This document shows positions 47,701-55,484 of a stretch of 64,000 nt of DNA, piece after piece. The notes beneath the pieces were generated by a model. It was not told the origin of the DNA and did not search any database. It saw only the letters and a list, made by a program, of their open reading frames with translations. Numbering within the stretch: position 1 is the first letter of the stretch; each line of letters begins with the position of its first letter. Location of the stretch: contig FLMG01001458.1 of NCBI GenBank assembly GCA_900088475.1, positions 52,153 through 116,152 on the forward strand. Reading direction: 5' to 3'. Source of the DNA: Hyphochytrium catenoides. Its lineage: Eukaryota > Protista > Hyphochytriomycota. The translations under genes and the position numbers were made by a program.

Positions 47701-50013
47701 GAGATAGACAACTTTGTTGACCTTGTGAAGACTAATGTTGAGTTAGAGAAAAGGTTGAAGCCGCTCCGGACCATCACGCTAAGCCGCTTATTTCTTGGCA
47801 GTCCTGGAACGGGCAAGACTACGGTTGCTAAGCTCTATGGGGAGATCCTTTGCGCGTTAGGTTTCCTAAGCAATGGAGAGGTTGTCGTCAAGAAACCCAG
47901 CGATTTTATTGGCTCCGTCTTAGGTGAGTCGGAGAAGAACACGCTTGGCATCCTCAACGCCTGCAGAGGGACAGTGCTCGTCATCGACGAAGCTTACGGC
48001 CTCTTTGCTGCCTCGTCATCGTCATCTTCCGGAGGAGCTTCTTACGGACAAGATCCTTTCCGTGCTGCAGTCATTGATACTTTGGTGGCAGAGGTACAGA
48101 ATGTCCCTGGAGATGACCAATGCGTGCTGCTTCTTGGCTACAAGGAGGAGATGGAGAGGATGATGGCGGCGAGCAACCCTGGTCTTCAGCGGCGCTTCTC
48201 TTTGGAGAGTGCTTTCCACTTTGAGGATTTCTCCATTGATGAGCTAGTGACTATCCTTAACCGCAAGTCTCAAAAGCGAGGGGTTCAGCTGTCTTTCGAT
48301 GCCCAACGATGTGCCGCAGAAGTCCTGGGTAAGCGGCGAAGGCTAAAAAACTTTGGCAATGGTGGCGAGGTGGAAAACCTACTGACAACTGCCATCATGA
48401 ATGCCCAAACACGGCAGCGGGCCACGCCGCCGGAGCAGCGGGATGACTTTCTCTTACCCTCTGACTTTGATCCTAAGTGGAGGGCGCTGGAAGAGGATGG
48501 TGGCGGCCGTGGGCAGTGCCTAGAAGACTACTTTGCCGATCTATTGCCTTGCTCGTCGCTTATGGAGCAGCTAAAAGGTTATCAGCTGTCTATGGACTTA
48601 GCGCGCCAGCGGGGACGTGACCCTCTGACCATCATCCCTATGAACTTCTGCTTTGTTGGCCCTCCCGGGACGGGAAAGACCACTGTGGCAAGAAGAATGG
48701 GAAGGTTCTTCTGCGACCTCGGTGTTTTGGGCTCTGAAGAGGTGGTGGAGACTTCTGGGGCATCTTTCATAGGCCAGTATGTGGGACATACAGGGCCTAG
48801 AACTATTGCAACTCTAGAAAAGGCACTGGGGCGGGTGCTTTTCATTGATGAGGCCTATCAACTGGACACAACCCGAGGCACGGGAAGCTTTGCAAAGGAG
48901 GCTGTCGACGAGCTTGTCAACCAGCTGACGAAGCCACAATTTCACCGTCGCCTCGTGGTTATACTAGCTGGCTATGAAGCCGACATAGATTCTCTTCTTC
49001 GGTCGAACGAAGGCCTTCGGAGTCGATTCTCTGAGAGAGTGGTCTTCCAGAGCTTCTCTGGCTCTCAGAGTGTTCAGCTTTTTATGGCTGTACTCGGAAA
49101 GGAAGGGGTTGAGATTGAAGACGTAGATGATGAGGTGTTGGGCTCACTCTTTATGGAGCTGTCAGAAACATCTGGCTGGGGCAATGGGAGAGACATCACA
49201 ACGCTGGCTCAGAGAGCGATAAGGGTTCATGGTCAGGAGCTAGCCATGCATGGCCAACTGGCCCAGGTTAGTGCAGGCTCAGCTTTACGGATCTCAATGA
49301 GGACTATTGTCCAATGCTTGACGGAGGAAAGAGACAAGAGGAGAGAGGATGACAGAAAGCAGCAAGCACTTGAGGTTGACAGCAGCCTGCAGCAGAAGAG
49401 GAGCTTTCTGTCATCGCAGGCTGCTCCTCAGGTAGCGGACAAGTTAGGCAAAGGAATGAACCCGGCAACCACGAAGAAGCAGAACCAGACGCCAACAGCC
49501 AACTCCAAGGCAGAGGAAGCGGAGGGCGAAGGTGAATGTGGAGAGACCCAGCCAGAACCGGAGGAGCCAGGAGAAGAAGAAGGCAGCAGCGGAAGTTGCA
49601 GCGTGAGAAGAGATGCTGGAGTATCTGATGACGTGTGGGAAGAGCTGCAAAGAACCATTGCAGCTGAGGACCGTAGAGAGTCAGAGAGAAAGGAGTTGGA
49701 AGATCGGGCAAGGTTTGCCGAAGAGGAAGCGAACCGATTGGCAGACCTTGCAATGAGAAGACAGCTCCAAGAAGAGGAAGACAGAGTGAGGAGGGAGGCA
49801 GAAGAAGAGGCGAGGAAGGCCCGGGAGCAGGCTGAGCAGCTACGACTTGAAGCAGAAAGAAAGCGAGAAGAGCAACGTAAGGAAGAGGAGGTCCAGAGAA
49901 AGTTGCAAAAGCTTGGAGTCTGCTGCATGGGCTATCGCTGGCTGCGCTGCGGGAGCGGCTACCGGTGTGCAGGGGGTTCTCACTTTGTCAGCGAGCAAGA
50001 ACTAGGAAAGTAG
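41797..50013 (+). CDS. ZNFX1-like SF1 helicase + NFX1-like zinc finger + three CbbX/SpoVK-type AAA+ ATPase domains, single-exon CDS, 2738 aa
   Basis: ZNFX1 signatures RHSND..FREIQIYPT..EL and FRLLREDI. Helicase motifs QGPPGTGKS, CYTNHALDQFLE, GCTTTGAA, MEEAGE, IGDHQQLRP, SLFERL, QHRMRPEI, TVDNFQGEE, RVNVLLSRAR. Cys/His finger near 45475-45670. Walker A at 46957, 47797 and 48658, each followed by DEAY and NxGLxxRF. Confidence 0.95.
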   Translation: MSFLMDFDSIFATESPSGHGNSRRGFSGARGRGGRSGGRRREFPAAGWAPSTPYTLQTPSWFNKILDSGETKPWNVVSAKRFVTVVLDSKQPLLMLSRLTTSNFGMAVVRDCLSVEPGSCKFMNEVIVPFLSFFVKDKGISAGSHRAFLLCLLRTVRDAPFDLWDSVVRAAIAKQLNDPLVIAWVMLRLIEAQDDDEQDESKSELARLHARLLASSLKEGLDSMTTKLEAEDSPPVIGIDDFCRELEKLLTFSEGGCGGHEEEKSSKGPGGRHSNDKLNFREIQIYPTAGELLCSEDPFLPLTEDVLREKSDVSYMDWLFRLLREDIVASVRDEIKVLLTPKDKLSAAEWKLYRRLEARSVDVSSFAGIQFARSSSPSLPPFGLKMTFVVPQQLQRELKEAARRASKLRGTGTQKGTKAEDLEAAERYKRRLFRDAIRRYWEANPLLLQRESLLAFISAEGQFKWLGVVSQRTDNDLQNDDKPSICVSFPDSDAINDFTSLLYVKQTGLKAYQLSASYFAFAPVLERLQSIHWLPFKEIFLDWPEFPALNSDERPRYQTAAFDRLIQSFQASQDVSQLLKLSKSVVLDEQQKLAVTKALQMPVALIQGPPGTGKSFCGALIAKIVHDFSDETILCICYTNHALDQFLEDLLDAGMPGSEFLRLGGGEKVTDRILPHTMGELQRRERERKKDRDFNRSYAQLKTRIQVCEDELRALVEGRTASELQNSTRYSHFSNYIDGDWLESFQMPMDALDIVGKKGKQLREDYLWRRWVAGSDRGLVSSVDDHEDFDDTNGVWAMSLQEREAKITAWRREMMADKVYKPFTRKVRELELWKGMLDDLLSQGTSELLKRKRIIGCTTTGAAKYRRELQAVSAGVIIMEEAGEILEAHVLSSLTPSCKHLIMIGDHQQLRPKVNSYSLQVESGGPYGLNRSLFERLAIADYPHVTLQWQHRMRPEISELIRKLMYPELKDASGTKGRSDLKGASSNIIFVEHNAPEGNYHGLDGSGCSGQHANDALSKVNYEEVRWVAKIALHLQRQGYDGDKMVVLTPYLAQLHAIRDELSKVFDIVVGELDAADLAYQGLSQAAPPPSRRALLSSFLSQQRGRGQWKIRVATVDNFQGEEADIVIASLVRSNEEGKVGFMGQIQRVNVLLSRARDALILVGNRTTFENARSPPGARKMWQSIFGMLERKQAVYGGFPIQCQRHGTRILVTAPDDFSELSPAGGCELLCGLPLDCGRHQCDKACHANVDHSRVRCHQPVKWQCTVGHDVYLPCDSPAGADPNKSCQQCLALQEATQKKLDREAKQAAQQQEAKRLIKAKLEELEQEKKKLLNIQQEEATAVQLAHLEHQLELTKKKLELRTLRSQDNRDDHARDMKRRLQAEIKQLEMSFNSGSSGGVAQEPATLNDAPTQAPLNSDEITEPESGERKSQHTELQEASLVEEEDLHHLVSLSFEQQLDALLLQRNPAFPVPCLPGGATWKDELQAGATTASLPSLLMPGINFTDEEEGGWLKAYQYLDKLRIEKSVDASLQSEDIQLTKQLLCLLCRSQLADFSVKSDVEALLGPQPWNHGVKGNLVLYTFSMAMLVRSLYNEKKKEAYVLILAFLGLARHVSDVPKRWLRLAEDLKERLAQEIKEAAQRARLGLSSSSREEPLEDRIARQWNEEKGRSGAMNDGMEEMLKLSGLGSLKKQFLDIYNAISHAKEQGRTLKKRLNICLCGNPGTGKTTVARCYGTFLFQLGTLSGNCFVETTGARLVHEGVQGLEKLLKQIEGDGGGLLFVDEAYQLSPQSEPNGRRVLDYLLAEIENKIGSLAVAFAGYQKKIEKLLEHNEGLPSRFPYLFVIEDYSDEQLRQIFISSVAAAFEETKAVTFEGGPKGEAVQILMRRVGRGRGRPGFGNARAVKIEVERMFERQATRIKAEKDAGHSPDDFYFSREDLLGPDPVTSLDRCPAWAELKRMVGLKRVKEEIDNFVDLVKTNVELEKRLKPLRTITLSRLFLGSPGTGKTTVAKLYGEILCALGFLSNGEVVVKKPSDFIGSVLGESEKNTLGILNACRGTVLVIDEAYGLFAASSSSSSGGASYGQDPFRAAVIDTLVAEVQNVPGDDQCVLLLGYKEEMERMMAASNPGLQRRFSLESAFHFEDFSIDELVTILNRKSQKRGVQLSFDAQRCAAEVLGKRRRLKNFGNGGEVENLLTTAIMNAQTRQRATPPEQRDDFLLPSDFDPKWRALEEDGGGRGQCLEDYFADLLPCSSLMEQLKGYQLSMDLARQRGRDPLTIIPMNFCFVGPPGTGKTTVARRMGRFFCDLGVLGSEEVVETSGASFIGQYVGHTGPRTIATLEKALGRVLFIDEAYQLDTTRGTGSFAKEAVDELVNQLTKPQFHRRLVVILAGYEADIDSLLRSNEGLRSRFSERVVFQSFSGSQSVQLFMAVLGKEGVEIEDVDDEVLGSLFMELSETSGWGNGRDITTLAQRAIRVHGQELAMHGQLAQVSAGSALRISMRTIVQCLTEERDKRREDDRKQQALEVDSSLQQKRSFLSSQAAPQVADKLGKGMNPATTKKQNQTPTANSKAEEAEGEGECGETQPEPEEPGEEEGSSGSCSVRRDAGVSDDVWEELQRTIAAEDRRESERKELEDRARFAEEEANRLADLAMRRQLQEEEDRVRREAEEEARKAREQAEQLRLEAERKREEQRKEEEVQRKLQKLGVCCMGYRWLRCGSGYRCAGGSHFVSEQELGK

Positions 50014-51824
50014 TCCTGTCTCGCTGCGTCGACAATGAAAGGGAGAAAAGGCGTAGTGTCGCTGCCTATGACACAATTTGTGCGCTTAAGAGAGGGGAGC
50101 AGTAGGAACTAGCGAGACAGCAGAGACGTCTACTGATCAATCACAATCTTTCTTCTTCTTATGTGTTCCTGCAGCCTTTCTACTTGTCCTCACCGCGCTA
50201 TGGGGCTATCTGCGGGCAAGCTAGAGCAGTGTCGTTGTAGTCGCTAGTATGGGCGGCTCTCGACTCTTTACTTGTTATAGGTTAGTTCTTCTCTCTCTCT
50301 CTCTCGGTGTTGGTGACTCTCCTAGTCCTGTGGGGTACAAGGTATCACCCTCCTTCCCTCTCTTGCACCAGGTTCGTGCTGTCTAAGTAAGAGACCGACT
50401 GTCCATAAGCTAGAAAAAAACTCTTACAGATGCGCTCCGCTAGCTGCCCTAAGCCCACCCCAATCGTGCCTCTGCGGAGCTTTGGCTGCAGCTTAGGGTC
50501 CATTATCTTAGCGTGGAGAGGAAGAGAGCACGTTGTTATGACTAGGGTTACCTCTTCTCCACCACCTATCAATTAGCCTTACAGTCTTAGGGAGTGCCAC
50601 TTTCGTCCCGCCTGCTGGGACCCGCAGACTGACGAGCGACTGGCAGACTGCGAAGAAGAGCTGTCAGATGGAGCTACCTTCATCTAGCAGTTTGTGCCCG
50701 TGCAGAGCCATAGAGGAGAAAGAATAAAAGGAAGGATCAGTATAATTGGAACATGAACGACCAGAAGGCAGAAAGAGACAAAGGCCAGGTGGGCCGAGAG
50801 AGAAAGCGTGGGAGACAGATCGGCAGAAAATGAGGAAGATGAAGGTGCATGGCCCGCAGACCAAGAGAGAGGATAAATAAGAAAAAAGGTGTGGGGCAGC
50901 ATGGCAGTGACAAAGGGTTGTAAGAGGGAGACAACGAGAGAGAGAGAAGAGTCACAAAGGATACAGAGGAGGAGAAACAGAAAGAGAGAGACACACACAC
51001 AGACGAGAGAGAGAGAGTGGCGCGGAGAGCACGACAGAGGGAAAGAAAGAAGATGGAATACAGAGAGGAGCAAGAGAAAAGAGAAGTGGCATGGAAGCCG
51101 AAGGCGAGCAGAGGAGTTTAACATAAGCTCTAACGGTCATCCCCTCATGTAAGTCAAGGTTCCAAGGCATGAGGTCCCCATAATACGCCCATTTGTCTAG
51201 AAAGGCAAAGAGAACCTTTATGTCTCGTTGAGCGCTGCTGCAGCTTATAGCTGAATGAGGAAGTCAGTGGCGCACAGTCTTCTGGCAAAAAGGTCATTTG
51301 GGTGACAGTATTCAGCAATTGTCAGCAAGACACTATCGTTCAAAGTGGCAGAGAGAGTTTTCGCCCTAAATCGTTGCTGTCAATATGATCGCGTGTCAGG
51401 CAGAGGCTGTGCTTATCACGGAAGACCGGCAAGCTCATATTTCCTAATGCGTCCATCAGCCATCCGACACATCAGCAGAGTTACTAGGTCTTTAATGTCT
51501 CTGTGAGTCGAGTATGACAGAGAAGACAGCGGTGCAGCTACTGAACGCCCCAGAAAGCAACTGCAGCTTGCTAAGCATCAATTAAAATGGCACTTACATC
51601 GTATTCTGAGCCTCAGAACTACCCTACCAAACAGCGGGAGCGACGCACCGCTGTGAACTAATGCCAGTAAGAACCTAGTGCCGTAGCCATGGTGGGACTA
51701 AGTGCAGGTCTATGTAAATCTACCAAGCAGCAGAAACTCTCGATGTCCAGATCTACGGGAGTCAAACCTTCTGACACTGTGCTTCGGCTGGGAGTCAGAC
51801 ACCTTCTATGAGCATGGGAGATTT

Positions 51825-52066
51825 CATGCATCCTGCATTAGTGCATCATCCGCGCACTGAGCTCATCAGGGCGACAGAGGCATCATGCATCCTGCCCTGG
51901 AACTACGAGTGCATCATCCGCGCACTGAGCTCATCAGGTGAGAGAGGCATGCATCCTGCCCTGCCCTAGTGAATGTCGGGGCACTGAGCTCATCAGGGAG
52001 ACAGAGGCAGGCATCCTGCCCTAGGAACTACGAGTGCATCATCGGGGCACTGAGCTCAGGGAGAGG
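51825..52066. repeat. Degenerate tandem array of four ~59-68 bp units
   Basis: Core GCACTGAGCTCATCAGG at 51854, 51922 and 51981, with a shortened copy at 52047. Each core is preceded by CA[T/G]GCATCCTGC. Confidence 0.9.
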
Positions 52067-53129
52067 AAGAAGAATAACTCGGAAGGGCACAATGTCGCGG
52101 CTTTCAAGTTCTCTTTGAAGCAGAGAAGCGAGGCGAACCTACTTCTCTCCGACAAAAGTGCGAAAATCCATCTCTCTCAACTCTGTCTCGTAAGGATAAC
52201 ACATTGAGTATTTACCTTTGTACCTCGTCTAGCTCTGTCTTGCGTTGATTGATGATATGATATCATCACAATTGATTGATAGCAGAGCGGATTGAAGTCA
52301 AGAATCGGCAAATATAAGGTAAAATATGAATAGTGGACAATCTGCTAAAAACAGCCAGAGTTGGTGGTCGGTTGGTACCGACAATAGCACCTCAATTTTT
52401 GTCAATTAAGGTCCTACTTTGACACCAATGGCATGAAATAATCAATTTTACAGTTGAGTAACAGATAACACAGAGCCCTGCCCTAGAAGCTGCAGAAGGT
52501 CATCCCTTTATTGTTACCTGACAAGATTCCCCTCCCCTTCCTTCCTCCTCCCTCTTCTTGCGCCACCTCCATTCATGACCAAAACACCCAACAGACACAA
52601 CAACAAAAGATTCCATCGGGGGACAACGCCTTGCTCCCCTTCCTAGGCCTTCTTCTTTTATTCTCTTTATCTACCAGATAAACGCCAAATCCCCCCACCT
52701 TTGAAGCGTTTGAATCTGACATGAAGCTGGGGGGCTCCTCCTCTCTGCACGAACAAGGAAGGGAAGTTCGAAAGATGGCGTATAATAATGTGTATCCTTG
52801 CCCTTAATAGCTGTATAGGCTAGGGTCTCTCATAGTAATAGTTTCACAAAGAACATGCGCTGGCCGCGTTTCAGCGCCGCCGCGCGGCAAAAACTGAAGA
52901 GATCACCTTTCTCTTCGGCGTCCGAGCCAAGCGCCAANNNNNNNNNNNNNNNNNCTCTTTCCTCCCCTATTTTTATAGAGGGACGAAGCCATCGTGGATT
53001 GTCTATCTTTTCGGGCACAGATCGCCGTCTGACAGGCGAGCCCGGAAAGAGACGACAGCATCTGTCTGGAGGTCATTACTTCTTCTTTGGAATCATAGGA
53101 GGCTCAAGTACCTCGCTTTTGCAAGCAAT

Positions 53130-54107
53130 ATGGTTCAGTCAAGCGTGTTTGAGTTTGACTTCGATCCATGCATTAGCGATTTTGAGCTCCTTGATCGGAG
53201 GGAGGATGCCGAATCTTTCTCGACAGATGTTCCGGAGTTTCCAGGCCCAGAGGATATCGTCTTCTCTGAGGATGACTCAGACCAGTTCTTGTCGCTGGGA
53301 ACTCCTGAGGACACGATGGGAGACATGCTTAGTCTATTGAACCACAAAGAACCAGGCTTTGATGTCTTCAACATGGACTACGAGTTCAATTCTCCAGTAG
53401 ACAATGAAGAGCTCGATAGCATCGCTCTTTCTCTTGGCGCTGTTGCAGAATCCTCCTCGTCAACCCCTCGTGACACAAACCGTTTCAAGAAGAAGGAAGC
53501 TCCTGCACAGTCACCAACCAGAAAGCGAACCCGAGAAGGTTCGTTTTCAGAANNNNNNNNNNNNNNNNNNNNNNNNNNNNNNNNNNNNNNNNNNNNNNNN
53601 NNNNNNNNNNNNNNNNNNNNNNNNNNNNNNNNNNNNNNNNNNNNNNNNNNNNNNNNNNNNNNNAAGGATACTTCCGTCTTATTACCCTCTGATAGGAAGA
53701 TTGGGTCATATACGGTTGAACAGCGAAGAGAGCGCATTCAGCGGTACCTAGAGAAGCGCACTCGCCGCGTGTGGAGAAAAACCATCAAGTATGACTGCCG
53801 CCAGACTCTGGCAGCAGCACGACCAAGGATCAAGGGAAGGTTCGTGAAGCGATCAGACGTGGAAGCAGAGGCTGGGACGGCATCGGAGCTGGTTATGAAT
53901 GTCCCAGCAGCTTGTCAACCTCTGTCTATGGGCCCCGTCTCGCTTGTGAGGACCGAAACTGATGCATCTAAAAAGCTGTCAGCGTCTGTTAGACCGACGC
54001 TGAGCAAGAAGTTACCTTTATCCAGTACGTTTATCAGCAAGCCTTCGCCAGGACGCCCAGTAAATGGCGGCAGGAAGGTGGCGGCTGTTGTCAAGTGCAC
54101 GTCATGA
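53130..54107 (+). CDS. CCT-domain (CONSTANS/CO-like/TOC1 motif) protein
   Basis: IGSYTVEQRRERIQRYLEKRTRRVWRKTIKYDCRQTLAAARPRIKGRFVK after an acidic N-terminal region. The N gap at 53553-53663 lies inside the ORF and could hide an intron. Confidence 0.88.
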   Translation: MVQSSVFEFDFDPCISDFELLDRREDAESFSTDVPEFPGPEDIVFSEDDSDQFLSLGTPEDTMGDMLSLLNHKEPGFDVFNMDYEFNSPVDNEELDSIALSLGAVAESSSSTPRDTNRFKKKEAPAQSPTRKRTREGSFSEXXXXXXXXXXXXXXXXXXXXXXXXXXXXXXXXXXXXXKDTSVLLPSDRKIGSYTVEQRRERIQRYLEKRTRRVWRKTIKYDCRQTLAAARPRIKGRFVKRSDVEAEAGTASELVMNVPAACQPLSMGPVSLVRTETDASKKLSASVRPTLSKKLPLSSTFISKPSPGRPVNGGRKVAAVVKCTS

Positions 54108-54747
54108 AAGGAGCGCACTGATCGGGGCTGGCACAGCGTCTAAAGCTAGGATAGGATCAAGATTACTTTTTCAGGCTTTGTGCCATTGATCTCAGTGTGA
54201 GATTGTTGGTGCTTTTGGTCTGCTTCTTCCTTACATCGCTGGCCTGCTCTGCTGCTCTTCCCACAGCCTCTCAGATCCAAACAGAAGTGAGAACGGCCGG
54301 GATGTACAGATCATGGCGGCGATGAAAGACTTGTTCAAATATGTTATTTCCACTAGTCGTGGACGCGAGCCCAAAGCTGCTCCTTATTTAAACGAGACAT
54401 AAAGACCCGCGAGAGCGCTCTTTACCTCTATTGGCTAAGTTGCCCGAACTGCCTACTATGTCTACTTTTCCGATCGTTGGTTTTGCTCCCTTATAGATTG
54501 AAGGAAGGAAGCGGCAGAGCAAGACACCAAGGATGGACACTCCGCATCCAGCGAGCGTTGGTGCTGTCCTCACTGTGCATGATGATCTAGCTTTTCCTAC
54601 CAACGACGGACGGCACAGAGCCCGAATTCCTTTGCGCTCACTTACAATCTTCACTTATGGACCTTTGGGAAACGTACAGCGACTCCTATGCTTAACGCAC
54701 CGGTGGCACTTCTTGGCTCTCTCTCNNNNNNNNNNNNNNNNTCTCTG

Positions 54748-54784
<37 letters not shown>

Positions 54785-55484
54785 TTTCGAAAAGTAGCTT
54801 ACTTGTATGGGGCAAGATGGAGGAAGAAAAAAGATGAGGACCACTAGTTACACTGCATTATTTGATTTATTTGACAGAATCAGCTTTAATTGACCAGTGT
54901 AAAATCAACGTCTTCTGCTTCAATCTCAATGCCAAATGAAACGAACTTTGACAATTTGACAATAAAGATGACAGCTAGAACGTCAAATATGAAGTGCCTT
55001 TGTCAAATTGAAGTCTGTTCCGGATGCTGTGCTGTCAAAAGCTCTGATGACTGATCTGATGAAGCTCATTGAAGCTTCAAGGCGCGTCAATGCGAACAGC
55101 CGCCCGCCGTAGCTCTGCTTGAGCTCTACGTACACTGCTCCGTATGGAGAGTTCTCTATGAGGTACAGAGATTGCGACCTGAGCTGGTGCTGAGCTCTTA
55201 TCAATCAGGGAGAAACCTCCTCTTACTTAGGACGATATGTGACCCAGTTGAGGCGTGTCCTTTCGTGCAAACAGCTTTGTTGCGCAGACGCTCTTTCTGC
55301 AATGTGAACTAGCTAGCAAGGAAGGAGAGGCACAACATGTCCTTGTGTCCGCGGGACTTTCACCCTGGAGACGCGACAAATCGCTAAGAAGCCCACTGCT
55401 CACGTGATACGTCTTCTTGCGGAGCCGTAGAGGCATCGGCGTCAGACCTCTAGCAGTGCTTACAGTCCTTCGAGGCCAAGGCCA

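Noticed and set aside
46830-49240. CbbX Rubisco activase or sporulation protein SpoVK function
   Set aside because: Only the AAA+ clade is shared; the modules are triplicated inside a helicase fusion with no evident targeting peptide.
51825-52066. CRISPR array or hammerhead ribozyme (minus strand has CUGAUGAG)
   Set aside because: Inter-core segments are homologous to each other rather than unique spacers, the context is eukaryotic with no cas genes, and the GAAA half of the hammerhead core is missing from the units.
54983-55436. Small minus-strand gene head-to-head with CDKL
   Set aside because: Could not build a consistent spliced frame, and no domain was recognised.
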